A stretch of 64,000 nt of DNA from Massalongia carnosa. Its lineage: Eukaryota. Positions 25,649 through 36,719 of the stretch are shown piece by piece. The stretch's first letter is position 1. Every line of letters starts with the position of its first letter. Under the pieces are notes generated by a model. That model saw only the letters and a list, made by a program, of their open reading frames with translations. It ran no database searches and was not told where the DNA came from. The DNA lies in contig OZ287083.1 in the NCBI GenBank assembly GCA_965645245.1, positions 744,001-808,000 on the forward strand, in the 5' to 3' direction. Both the position numbers and the translations under genes were made by a program.

Positions 25649-28515
25649 TGTAATAGGGTGGGCCTAGTATAGATTCGTTAAACGTAAGACTAGCCTATAT
25701 AGATACCGAGTTATTTGGCAGACAAGACCCTGGTCTTATGGGTCAATTGATCGGCCGAAGGTCATTTGGGACAGGGTTTTATGGGCTATAGGATCTTTTA
25801 TATAGGGGGGTTTTATGGACGAGGGGGTATTAGTCAGCCCCTATAAGCACGTACTAAATTTGCAACGTGCACCCTGCTGAATTTCGTGCATTTTTGATCT
25901 ACAAGAATAACGTTTTAGACTCAGTTCATCAGTAGCTCATTCATAAACTTCTTGTTATTATGGCTCCTCCTTATACTCAGAATCTTCTGCAGGCTTCAAA
26001 ACAGCCCCATCCTGGGCCTGCTGTGAAGTCTTCAAGTCTTCGTAGCATAAATCAGGCCCGAATTTCAATGAACGTTTATATTCAGCCTTCGATGCCTACC
26101 GTACCACCTCTTTTTCTGGCGATCAGGAGACTTAGCTTCTGGAACAGTTTCGTCTTCATCGCGAGGAGGAAGGTCAAAATTTAATCGATAATGCTCCCGA
26201 TGACGAGGATGAGATGCGACGACGTATTTCCTACACTAGAGAGCAGAAATTAGCTGCTATTAGTAATACAGAGACTACCTGGAAGCAGCAAAAGAATCGA
26301 GATTTAAAACTCATCAGTAAATATGCTGCGGCGGCGAATCTCGGAATTACTACTGCTATGTTAAGACAGTAGATTCAAACGAAGACGCATATTAAAACAC
26401 TTTTTAAAGGTAGACGAAAAGAAAGTGGAGGAGGTCCCTGTCAAGAACCTGAGCTGAAAAACTGTCTTTTGGAATTGTTTAAAGAAGCTTGATTAGCTCG
26501 ACGTAAAATCAACAAACGTTGGTTTATTCGGCAAGGACCCAAGTTATACGGCCAAATGTATCTTCATAGAGTGGTCAAAGTCACCGATAAGATAACTGAA
26601 TATAGCTGGTTCAAATTCTCTGATGGCTGGCTTGATCGGTTTTAACGTCGAACCCATGTTGCTGTCAGAACTCCAACCAAAAAAGCTCAACAGGTAAACT
26701 ATTCGTTGAAACGACACGAAAAATTTTGATTAACCCGATTTGATGCATGCAAAGGTGCCAGAGAATTTTCGCGCTAATATTGAAAGCTGGTTGCAATTCA
26801 ATCGTCGCAATTCTCAACCACTGTCACATTAGATTCCTTTGCATAGAGGAGGCAGATATCGACTTTCTGAAATTGGCAATATAGATCAAACTCCGATTGC
26901 GTATGAGTTTCTTCAGGGTCAGTGCTACGATTTCAAGGGAGCCAAAACGGTATGGGTAAAAACTTATCGATCTGGCTAGGACCACAGGCAAGCAACATTG
27001 ATAATATATGTTTCTGCTGATGGCGTCAATCGCTGCAAACCCTTGCTTATTTTAAAGGACAAGACTAGCCAAAAAACAGTCGAATAAGAAAAGAGATAAC
27101 CTTGTACAATTAGGGAGTAATTGTGCAGTTGAATATAAAGGCCTACTGCGATACGGAAGTCATGATTCGATAGCTAAAACAGCAATACAAATAGGCTACT
27201 GTAGGACTGCATGATACTAATACACGGCGATTTTATCCTTAGATATGTTTGCAGGTCAAAAAACGCAGAAGGTAAATTGAATTCAATCATAGCTTCATTT
27301 AATGAACAAATATGCAGGTCAAACAAGCCTTTCGTGATTTAAACATCACGGCTGCTTTTATTCCTTCCGGTTGCACCGGTTATGTGCAGGTTCTCGATAT
27401 TGCTATTATTAAAGCTCTCAAGACTCGAATATCCGAGCTGGCCAGCATTTATTACGATGAGTATTTCGAGAGATAGAGCAAAGAATCCTAGACAGTAAGG
27501 TGATCGACGGGTTATGCTAACAAAATAGATGGGTAAAGCGTGGAGAGAACTGCATACAAAACACGCTTCTCTTATTCGTCAAACATTTTGAAAAGTGGGG
27601 TTATCGCTCGCTGTTAACGGTTCAGAAGATGAAGAGTTGTCGATCAAAGACATACCAAACGTTCAGGTTAGTAATTGGGCGCTATCCGTCAATTAAGAGG
27701 ACATTCAAAAGGTACGAAAGTCTGAATCAGACGTAAATGAAACGATAGAGTCGGTAGAGGCTGAGAAGGTTGTCTCGGAAGACATAGAAATAGAATATGT
27801 AATGGAGGATAAATTGGAAGATAACGTGAATGATCAGGAGGCTGTTTTTGATGTTGAAGTAACAGAATATACAAGTGGTGATGAATTGAGTGGAAGAGGG
27901 GATTGAATTTCCGGTTCAATTGATTTCTAAGAAAGGATATATAAGCTATGATGACGTTTGCATATAAATTTATATATCTTTCTTTTCAATTCAAAAGGAC
28001 CTGGTTTTATGGCCCAACCCCCCCCTATGGTCAAAAATCAGCCAATCAGAACAGGGTTTTATGGGCAAAGGAGTCTTATACTGCAGGGGGGTTTTATATG
28101 CCAAATAATTCGGCTACAAAGATAATAAGGTCCCGCCTAACCTAGTTAGGCATAGTGTGGGGACTTATCTTATTAAAGAGATATTTTCGTAGTACATAAA
28201 GAATCCCCTTGCCTCGCCTTACCTCCCCTAGCTCGCCTGCCTAGTCTTATCTACCCAAGTATTTCGGTGACCGAATTATTTCGGAGTCCGAAAATACCAG
28301 GTAGTATGGGCAAGGTATAGAAGAAGAGCTTAGGTTATAGATTATCCTATCCTATATAGATCAATAATTAAGCACTTTAAAAGAGTAATATTTAGTCTAC
28401 CGTTTGACCCGACTCTACCTATTTTTACCTCTATTGTGATTATCAAGTTGTGTAGCCCCTGTAGATCCTATCTTCTAGTAGTGAATGCCTACTAGGACTA
28501 GGTCTCCCCGTTTCA
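25649..28515. repeat. Solo LTR (~460 bp) split by a pogo-like transposon
   Basis: Starts TGTAA, ends TTTCA. 5-bp TSD TTTGA at 25644-25648 and 28516-28520. Confidence 0.65.
25706..28113 (+). mobile_element. Tc1/mariner superfamily, pogo-like DNA transposon with decayed DDE transposase
   Basis: TIRs CCGAGTTATTTGGCA / TGCCAAATAATTCGG and subterminal GGTTTTATGG repeats. Transposase remnants FKFSDGW, DQTP, VSADG..CKPLLI, FIPSGCTGYVQVLD with many stops. Confidence 0.85.
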
Positions 28516-28539
28516 TTTGATTCTATCGAATTATTTTCT

Positions 28540-28710
28540 TGTAACGGTTCGACTAAGCGTGGTGCGGACGGCAGAACCTACAGCGAACATAGCAGGAGTC
28601 CCAGTTATAGTAGAATAGAGCTTGGTCTGCGGACTAAGTATTGTGCCTTTTGGTCGGGAAGGACAGGTGGCGCAATGGTAGAAGTCTATTCACTATCTCG
28701 CTTCGTCACA
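28540..28710. repeat. Short solo LTR (171 bp), copy 1
   Basis: TGTAACG...CGTCACA, TSD TTTCT, near-identical to 50833-51002. Confidence 0.9.
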
Positions 28711-29681
28711 TTTCTTGCTCGACTTCCTACTTTGATTTTTTGTTTTTTCTTGTCAGATCGATCAGTAAGTTTGTGATTAAAAAGCAGTTTCATTTATTTT
28801 TCGATAAAAGTTGACTTATTTCACGAATTGAAATACGCGTTAAACTTTGATAAGTCTTGATCAGTTTTTAATAATTATCAATTTTCATGAATTTAGTTTT
28901 ATTTTCTTCTTTAGTTATTTATTCTAGAAAATCTACTTTTATTTGATAAAATAGACTTTTTATTAAATTTATTTATAGTTGTACTTTCTTCAGTTTCTTT
29001 TTAAATTATTATACAACCGTTTGCAAAATAGTTTGCCGAACTTTGAACCCCGAAACTGCGCAGTAAAAAAAAATAAGCGACAGAATTGGACCACAAACCA
29101 GAATTTGATGTAATAGCTAATGCCCTCCTCCCCTTTATACCGCATTTTGCAGTCTATAGGATAGTACAATTAATAATTGTCAAGGGACTGGATTGGATGG
29201 TCAAGCTTTCTAATTGACTGAGTCTATAGCTACAACTTGGCTAGATTGGCTATTCAAGACGTCGGACAAGGAGCCAGAACTTTCGAGACTCGACCCCTTC
29301 TTTTATATCTGTTCCTCACCTCCTTACCCCTTTGTTTCCTTGATCTTCTATGTCTCCTATTCATCTCCTTTTCCTAAGTTAATACGAAGACACCTAATGG
29401 GGACCGGGTAATTATGGTTTCGATGATCGGAGGCGGAGCCGTACTCGATCTAACCGCATCGAGAAAGGTTGGAACAGCGCGCACTGACCAATGAAGCTGT
29501 GGTAGGTCTAATGAACCTGCGGTAGGTCCAATAAACCCGCGGTAGCTCCAATGAACCTGCAGTACGGTAGGTAGGGACCGGATAGAGGGGGCAACTAGGG
29601 ATAAGGCCGAGATCCTTTTGGTTCGAAGCCGTTTCATGACAGTAGCCCCCCTCTCAAAGGCAGAGCTCCTGCGTTGCAATT

Positions 29682-32600
29682 TTAATCACGATACCGACAA
29701 CGAGGAATTTGGCACGGGGTGAGATAAGGGCCAGCCGCGTTGGGGTAAGCTTGATGATACTCGTCTAGGGCTTGCTGACAGTTGGTGATGTAGTTGAATG
29801 GTTCCCAGGTGGAGGCGTGTCCTTCCCAGCCGACAAGATACTTCAGAAGTGGGGGTTGGAAACGTCGATCGAGTTTGGAATTCAGAATGCTATTTACATA
29901 CTATTCTCGCTGGCCGTCTTCAGCAATAACGGGGTTTTGAGGCTCCGGTATTTGTCCGGGAAGCGGGTCATTGGCGTCGTGTTGCAATAGATTGACGTGA
30001 AAAACGGGATGAATTTTGACGGTATCGGGAAGTTCGATTTGAACAATCAGTGGGTTGGGAAAAACCTTGCTGACCCGATAGGGATCGATATTTCGATCGT
30101 CCAATTTAACTGTTGGGCGGGCGGTCTGGATGTTTCTGGTGCTCAGCCATACCATATCTCCTACGAAATAGCGGGGGCAGGGACGTCGCTTAGCATTTGC
30201 GGTTGATTCATAAGATGCTTGTGCCATTAGCATTTCGTCTCGTAGATGAGTATCGATGTCCTGCATTTTGTCCACAAACTGCTTGGCTGCAATCAGGTTT
30301 GCCCTTCCCTGAGCGGTCAGGTCTTGAGGTAACGGTTCCTCCGGTTCAAATCCCACACGAGGATGTTGTCCGAAGTTGGCTAGGAAGGGGGAGGCTAGAA
30401 TACTAGAAGAGTCGGTATTATTGCTAGCGAATTCGGCGCCGGGAAGCCATTGTGCCCAGTCATCTTGCATGTAGTTGACATAAGCCCTAAGATAATGCTC
30501 CATAGTGGCATTAGCTCTTTCGGTTTGTCTATCAGTCTCAGGATGATAACCATTAGAAAGTTTGGCATCGATTTTCAACCTTTTGCACATCAGTTCCCAG
30601 AAGTCAGAGGTAAACTGAGAGCCGCGGTCGGAGACTAGGACATCGGGAAGGCCATGCAATTTCCAGACATTCTGATAGAAAGAATTGGCCGCTTCATTAA
30701 CTTCCATGGTTGCTGTGGGGACAAAGTGTCGCATTTTAGAAAGACGGTCTAATAAACACTAAGACATAGCGATAGGTGATTCCCATAAAGGTGCTGGGAG
30801 TCAGTGGTCCTACATAATCCATGGAGACATCACGTTATCTACGTTCTGGAGGGGGTAACGGACGCAGCCAGCCTTGATAACGCTGACGAGATGGTTTTAA
30901 TCTTTTGCAGGTGTGGCAATTCCGAATAAATCTTTTGATGGACTGATGCATACTAGGCCACCAATGTGTTCGATTTACTAATTCGTGACATTTGGAACGG
31001 CCTGGATGTCCTCCGGCGACGCTATCGTGGGCAAGTTGAATGATACGAAGTCGTAGGCGGTCTGATCGAGGCACATATTTCTTATTCCGAAAATATCGGA
31101 CACCTTCTCTGTCTTCGCATTCTGCTAGCTGAATTTGATTATGATGTCTTTCGTTATTGGGAAGAGCTTCTAGAATTCTGGGTGCGAATTGATCTCGTGC
31201 GAGGGCTTATTCCCAAAGAAGCTGAGTGAGAATATCCTCATCTGGATTGATTGGGCCCTCGTCTAGCTGAGGTTCTTCGGGGTGAGGTTCTTCGTCATTT
31301 AGAAAGGCTAGGGCTAGAAGAATGGAAGAAAGATAGCTTTTTGCGATTTCCTCGTCTAGGTTTTCGGTTTTTAGAATAGTTTGATGCTGATATTTCCTTC
31401 GATCGTCCGTATTATCCCCTTCTTTAGGAAGATCTCCTGATCGTCGAGTCAAAGCGTCCGGTTTTCCTCCCGCTTTTCCTGGTCGGTAGACTATCTTGAA
31501 GTCAAAACAAGAAAGAAATTCACTCCACCTGGCCTGACGACGACTGAGTTGTTTGGTCGAGGCAAAGTATTCGAGGTTTTTATGATCAGATATGACGTTA
31601 ATGGGAAATGCAGATCCTTCCAATTCTGATCTCCATTCTTCGAAACATCGAACAATTGCCATTAATTCTTTGTCATATATCTCATAGTTGCATTCAGCCG
31701 GATTGTGTTTTCTGGAAAAGTAGGCGACAGGATGAAGCACTCCCTTATCATCATACTGAGAAAGAATGCCACCCGACACATAGTCGGAGGCGTCGGTTTC
31801 TACGACTATTGGACGATCCAGATCGAAATGTCTCAATATAACGTCAGAGGTGAAGGCTTTTTCAAGATTTCGAAAGCGGTTTGACATTTTTCAGTTTATC
31901 GAAATTCCGTTTCCTTTTTGGTCAGATTGGTTAGGGGGCCGGCTATGTTGCTAAATCCATACACGAATCGTCTATAAAAGTTAGCAAATCCCAAAAAGCT
32001 TTGCACGTCTTTCACATTGACGGGAATTAGCCAGTTCGTGACGGTTTCCACTTTGGCTGGATCTATCTTTATTCCCATTGTGGTCACAATCAGCCCTAGG
32101 TATGCAATTTCGGTCACGTGAAATTTGCACTTGGTGATATCGGCCTGCAGACCAGCGTCTCGAAGTCTGGAGAGTATTTTCTTGACGTGTGTCTCGTGTT
32201 CTAGCTCATTATCGCTGTAGATGAGAATGTAATCTAAATAGGCCGTGCAGAAGTCGTCAAGATTCTCGCTAAGGGTGTCATTGATAAAATATTGGAAAGA
32301 GGCGGGTCCGTTGTACAGACCGAATGGCAGGACCAGAGACTCGAACAGGCCAAAACGAGTGCGAAATGCGGTGAGTTCTTCATCTCCTTCTTTTATTCGA
32401 AGCCTGTTAAAGGCGGCGATGATGTCTAGCTTGGTGAAAATCTTGGCTCTAGACAATCGATTTAGTGTCTCGGCGATCAGAGGTAGCGGATAGCGATTCT
32501 TTATCGTGATGGCATTTAGGCCCCGATAGTCAATACAAAAGCGAAGTCCTCCTCCAGGCTTTTTGACGAACATTACTGGTGAGGCAGCGTGAGAGCGACT

Positions 32601-34033
32601 AGCTCTAATAAATCCTTTGGCTAAATTCTCATCTACATAGCGACGAAGCTCCTCGATTTCATTGCGACTCATTCTATAAAGAGCCTGACTAGGGGCCTGA
32701 GTGCCTTCTTTTAACTTGATAGCATGATCGTACGGGCGGTGATCGGGTAGGATGTCGGAGTTTTTCTTTAAAAAAACATCTAGGAAGTCGTGATATTGCT
32801 TGGGCAGAAAAGGAGCTGGATCGACGTTTTTTCTTTCCCGATATTCGTCTAATTCCTCCTGGGTAACGGTTGCGTGCAAGGTTAGGGCTTTATTCATTTT
32901 GAATAGGGCTAGATAGATTTCCTTTTCACTGAGACTCGACTGGAGAGACAATGGTTGATAACTTAGGCTGGGACTAGAATTGATAACTAGGCTGGGACTT
33001 TGATTGAGGGCTAGACTGGGAACTGGGCTAGGTGAGGCTTCTATTCCTAAGAAGCGATCGATTTCTTTCATCGAAAGAACAAAGATATCGTGATTTTTCT
33101 ACCGACTTAGTCGGTTGAAGGAGGCGGCTTCGATTTCGCAGACGTTTAGCTGCAGGCTAGGGATATTTTTGCGTGCTTTCTGTTCGGCACGTCTTTGAGT
33201 AGATGTACGAAGTAAAGAAGGACTTCTATATCGAATTTTCGGAGTGAGTCCTTGCTGAATTGTCTTCTCGATACGGCTCGGTTCATTATTTGATAGGGGC
33301 TCGAGGGGGGTTTCGATTTTGGGCTCGATTTGTTTAGTTGAAGAGGTATTTTTTTTCTCTTGTTTTAGAAAAGTTTTCGACGTACTGATAATTTGCATAG
33401 ACGTGATGTCTTCGAAAACTTTCTTGACTGAGTTGACATCCTCAGCCTCCCAGACTTTCTGACTTTCGACTGGGGTGAGGAATTCTCCCTCGATGGCATG
33501 AATCTTGACAGGATAGGGGCAATAATGAGTGAGGCAGAAAGAAGAGGCAAAGGTGAGGGTATTGTTTCCAAAATCAGCTACAGCATTGTGCCGTCGAAGC
33601 CATGGATGACCCAGGACAATTGGGTAATGTTTTAATCCGGTGACAAATAGAAATAATCTTTCTACATGACCTTCTAGATCCATGATAATTTCGGCTACCT
33701 TGGTGATGTTTCCGGACAGGGCTGCCTGGCCGTCAAATCCTTCAAGGCGTCGAGGATATTTGAGGGGATGAAGAGGGATTTGATGAGTTTGCGCAAAGTT
33801 TTCATCAATAAATGAGTAGCCAGATGCACCACAATCGACAAGGTTAAATGTTTTAATTCTGAATCTAGATAAACGTAAGTACAGGCAACTACCATGTGGC
33901 TGTCTTTGAACGTTTTATCTGATTCGAACAGCTCCAAAGCGGACGCTACGGAAAAACGAGTATTAGACCTTAGAAAAGGGGAAAATGAGTCGGCTATCAA
34001 ACAAGAAGAGATGAAAACGGGAGGTCCCTGCAC
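29682..34033 (-). pseudogene. Gypsy-1 pol (protease, RT, RNase H, integrase, chromodomain)
   Basis: [26 protein letters not shown] (mutated YLDD), [45 protein letters not shown]. Confidence 0.92.
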
Positions 34034-34050
34034 GCGACTAAGCGCAGGGA

Positions 34051-35229
34051 CTAGGCTTTTTCCTGATTGTTATCAGGACCCTCGGGGATGAGATCAATGG
34101 TTCCAAGGTGAGTTGATTTTTTATTGGGACAGTGAATAGCTGACTTCCCGGGATGCTGGCGTTTGCAATAAATACAGAGCTTCCAGTCTTCGCAAATCTT
34201 CCTAACTCCCTCGGTTTTTAATGAATAGCCCTTGACTGCGGCCATAGCAGAGCTAAGATCCATCGGGTCGCCGACGGGTAGAGGTGCTGGGGGAGTGGAA
34301 GAGGAGGGGACAGAAGCAGCTCTGACTGCTGAGGGCTGATTGGTTGATTGTCCCTTTCGGGACGTTGAGGCGATGGCGGCCGAAGCATTGAGTCCCGCGG
34401 TAGTGTTGGAGGATTTAGGGGCGAGGTGACGAATTTGACGCAGGCCGCGGTCCGTCTCCAACCATATGGTGACGTGTTCATTGAAGGTAATCGGTTGTCG
34501 ATTGGTACCCGGAACCCGATACATGAGGGCCGCTGACTGAGTTGAATAATTGACGTTTGTCTTTATAGCGTCAATCAGAGAGGCGTCCTCCATTCTCGAG
34601 CGATCCTTCTTTTGGGAAAACAGGTTATAGTATTCCTCAAAGCTCATACTGCCCTGTTTCAACGTTTCTCGGAGATATTTTCAAGCATCTTCTTGTTCGT
34701 AGGGGTTGCCACAGGCACGACGAAGAGCGAATCGCCAGTCGGAGAAGGAGGTCAGTGTGCAAAGGCCGTCAACTCGTTAGGAGTTCATGAGGTTGTGAGC
34801 CTTTTTTCCGATGATTAGTCGATTTTCTGCATACGCGATTTTGGATTTGTCGGAGGGATAGCGATCATTGTTTATATGCATTCGCTGAATGAGGCTTTGT
34901 TCCCAGGCGTCTAGTCGAGCTTCGTCCCCGTCGTATTCCGGAATATCTGGGAGCTTTTCTGAACGTGGTTCGGGGATCCTGGCTAGGAGTAACTTCATCA
35001 GGGCAGCTATCTGGGGATCCAAGGATGGGGCAAGAGCTGGGTTGAGAGTCGAGACAGGGGGATCGGAAGCGTAAGGGGATAGGGTTTTGGCAGCGGCGCG
35101 AAGCTGAGCTAATTCGTTCGACATGGCTTCTATTTCGTTCAAGAACTGTTGAGGGTTGGATTGAAGACGTTCCTGAACAAATCTCACACGCTCGTCCTGA
35201 TGAGGGGGGTTTTCTTCCTGAGAAGACAT
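34051..35229 (-). pseudogene. Gypsy-1 gag
   Basis: SEKLPDIPEY, LKQG, GDPMDL, CIYCKRQH; interrupted near 34777. Confidence 0.85.
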
Positions 35230-35472
35230 GGCTGGGTTGAAAAAGGAATGGATGGAGAAAAGTGCTATAGAAGGCACTTTTTAAGGGATAGGTCCGACGT
35301 AATGTCAAGGGACTGGATTGGATTGTCAAGCTTTCTAATTGACTGAGTCTATAGCTACAGCTAGGCTAGATTGGCTATTCAAGACGTCGGATAAGGAGCC
35401 AGAACTTTCGAGACTCGACCCCTTCTTTTATATCTGTTCCTTATCTCCTTACCCCTTTGTTTCCTTGATCTT

Positions 35473-35746
35473 TGTTGAAATAGGTATATGACTATGGCTA
35501 TATGGCTATGTAATAATAAAGGTATGTATGACCGTGATATTAAGGATGAAGAGTTGCTAGGCAGCAATCTTTTCCTATTACTGGTCACCCCCTTCTAAGC
35601 GAGGTGATCTTATCTTATCTTGGGACTAAGCCTAATGCGGCATCTACGGTTTCCATAGATGATCTGTCTATCTAGGGCAGCCGTAGGTGCTATGTTCATT
35701 GTACTGATAGGTGTTCATTGTGCTGGTAGGAATTGGATATTCAGCC
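35473..35746 (-). repeat. Solo LTR of the 14201 copia family, inserted in the Gypsy-1 5' LTR
   Basis: Reverse complement of 14201-14465. TSD ATCTT at 35468-35472 and 35747-35751. Confidence 0.93.
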
Positions 35747-36719
35747 ATCTTCGATGTCTCCTATTCATCTCTTTTTCCTAAGTTAATACGAAGACACCTA
35801 ATGGGGACCGGGTAATTATGGTTTCGAAGATCGGAGGCGGAGCCGTACTCGATCTAACCGCATCGAGAAGGTTGGACCAGCGCGCACTGACCAATAAAGC
35901 TGTGGTAGGTCTAATGAACCTGCGGTAGGTCTAATGAACCCGCGGTAGGTCTAATGAACCCGCGGTAGGTCTAATGAACCCGCGGTAGTTCCAATGAACC
36001 TGCGTTAGGTCCAATGAACCCGCGGTAGCTCCAATGAACCTGCGGTACGGTAGGTAGGGACAGGATAGAGGGGGCAACTAGGGATAAGGCCGAGATCCTT
36101 TTGGTTCGAAGCCGTTTCATGACAATAATATCCTTTTGATTGTCGTTTGTATAAACTTTCAACGTAGTAAATCCAGTTATCATGCCTTGAAAATAGCGTC
36201 CTAAACAGCCTCCAAAACAGCCCCAAACAGCCCTAAACAACCCAGAAAACGGGCATCTACTACTGAATTGCCTAGGAACTCAGCACCTCTATCCAAATAA
36301 GGCTTAGAAGCAATCCTCCTAGATCGTCATCACCAGCTTTAAATGCCCGTATTCCTGATATTCTATCACGTCTACCTTTACTATCTCCACTAGCTTCTCC
36401 TTCGGCTTTGCCTTTACCTCCTCGTCTCCTCCTTCCCGAGCCAAGGAATGTTCGTCCGACTCGCAATAGTACGCCTTCTCCTTATCTTTCTGAGTTATCT
36501 AGTGCTCCTGAACCTGAGCCTGAGCCTGAGCACGAGCCTGTTTTGTTTACTCTAGTGATAAAGAAAGTTTTTTGAAGCGGAAAAGATAGATAGCAAAGTA
36601 AAGGCGGCAAAGGTAGATAGAACTCAGAGGATCAATATTCTTTCTCTGCATAAACAACAGGAAGCGTTGTTGAGGGGTAAAGAAGAACTCTACCGGGTCG
36701 GTGGCAAGTCAGGTGATAG

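Larger units (their letters stand above)
29178..36124 (-). mobile_element. Ty3/gypsy chromovirus, structurally complete, defective (Gypsy-1)
   Basis: LTRs at 29178-29641 and 35303-36124, TSD ATAAT, PPT adjacent to 29642, domain order gag-PR-RT-RH-IN-chromodomain. Confidence 0.95.
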
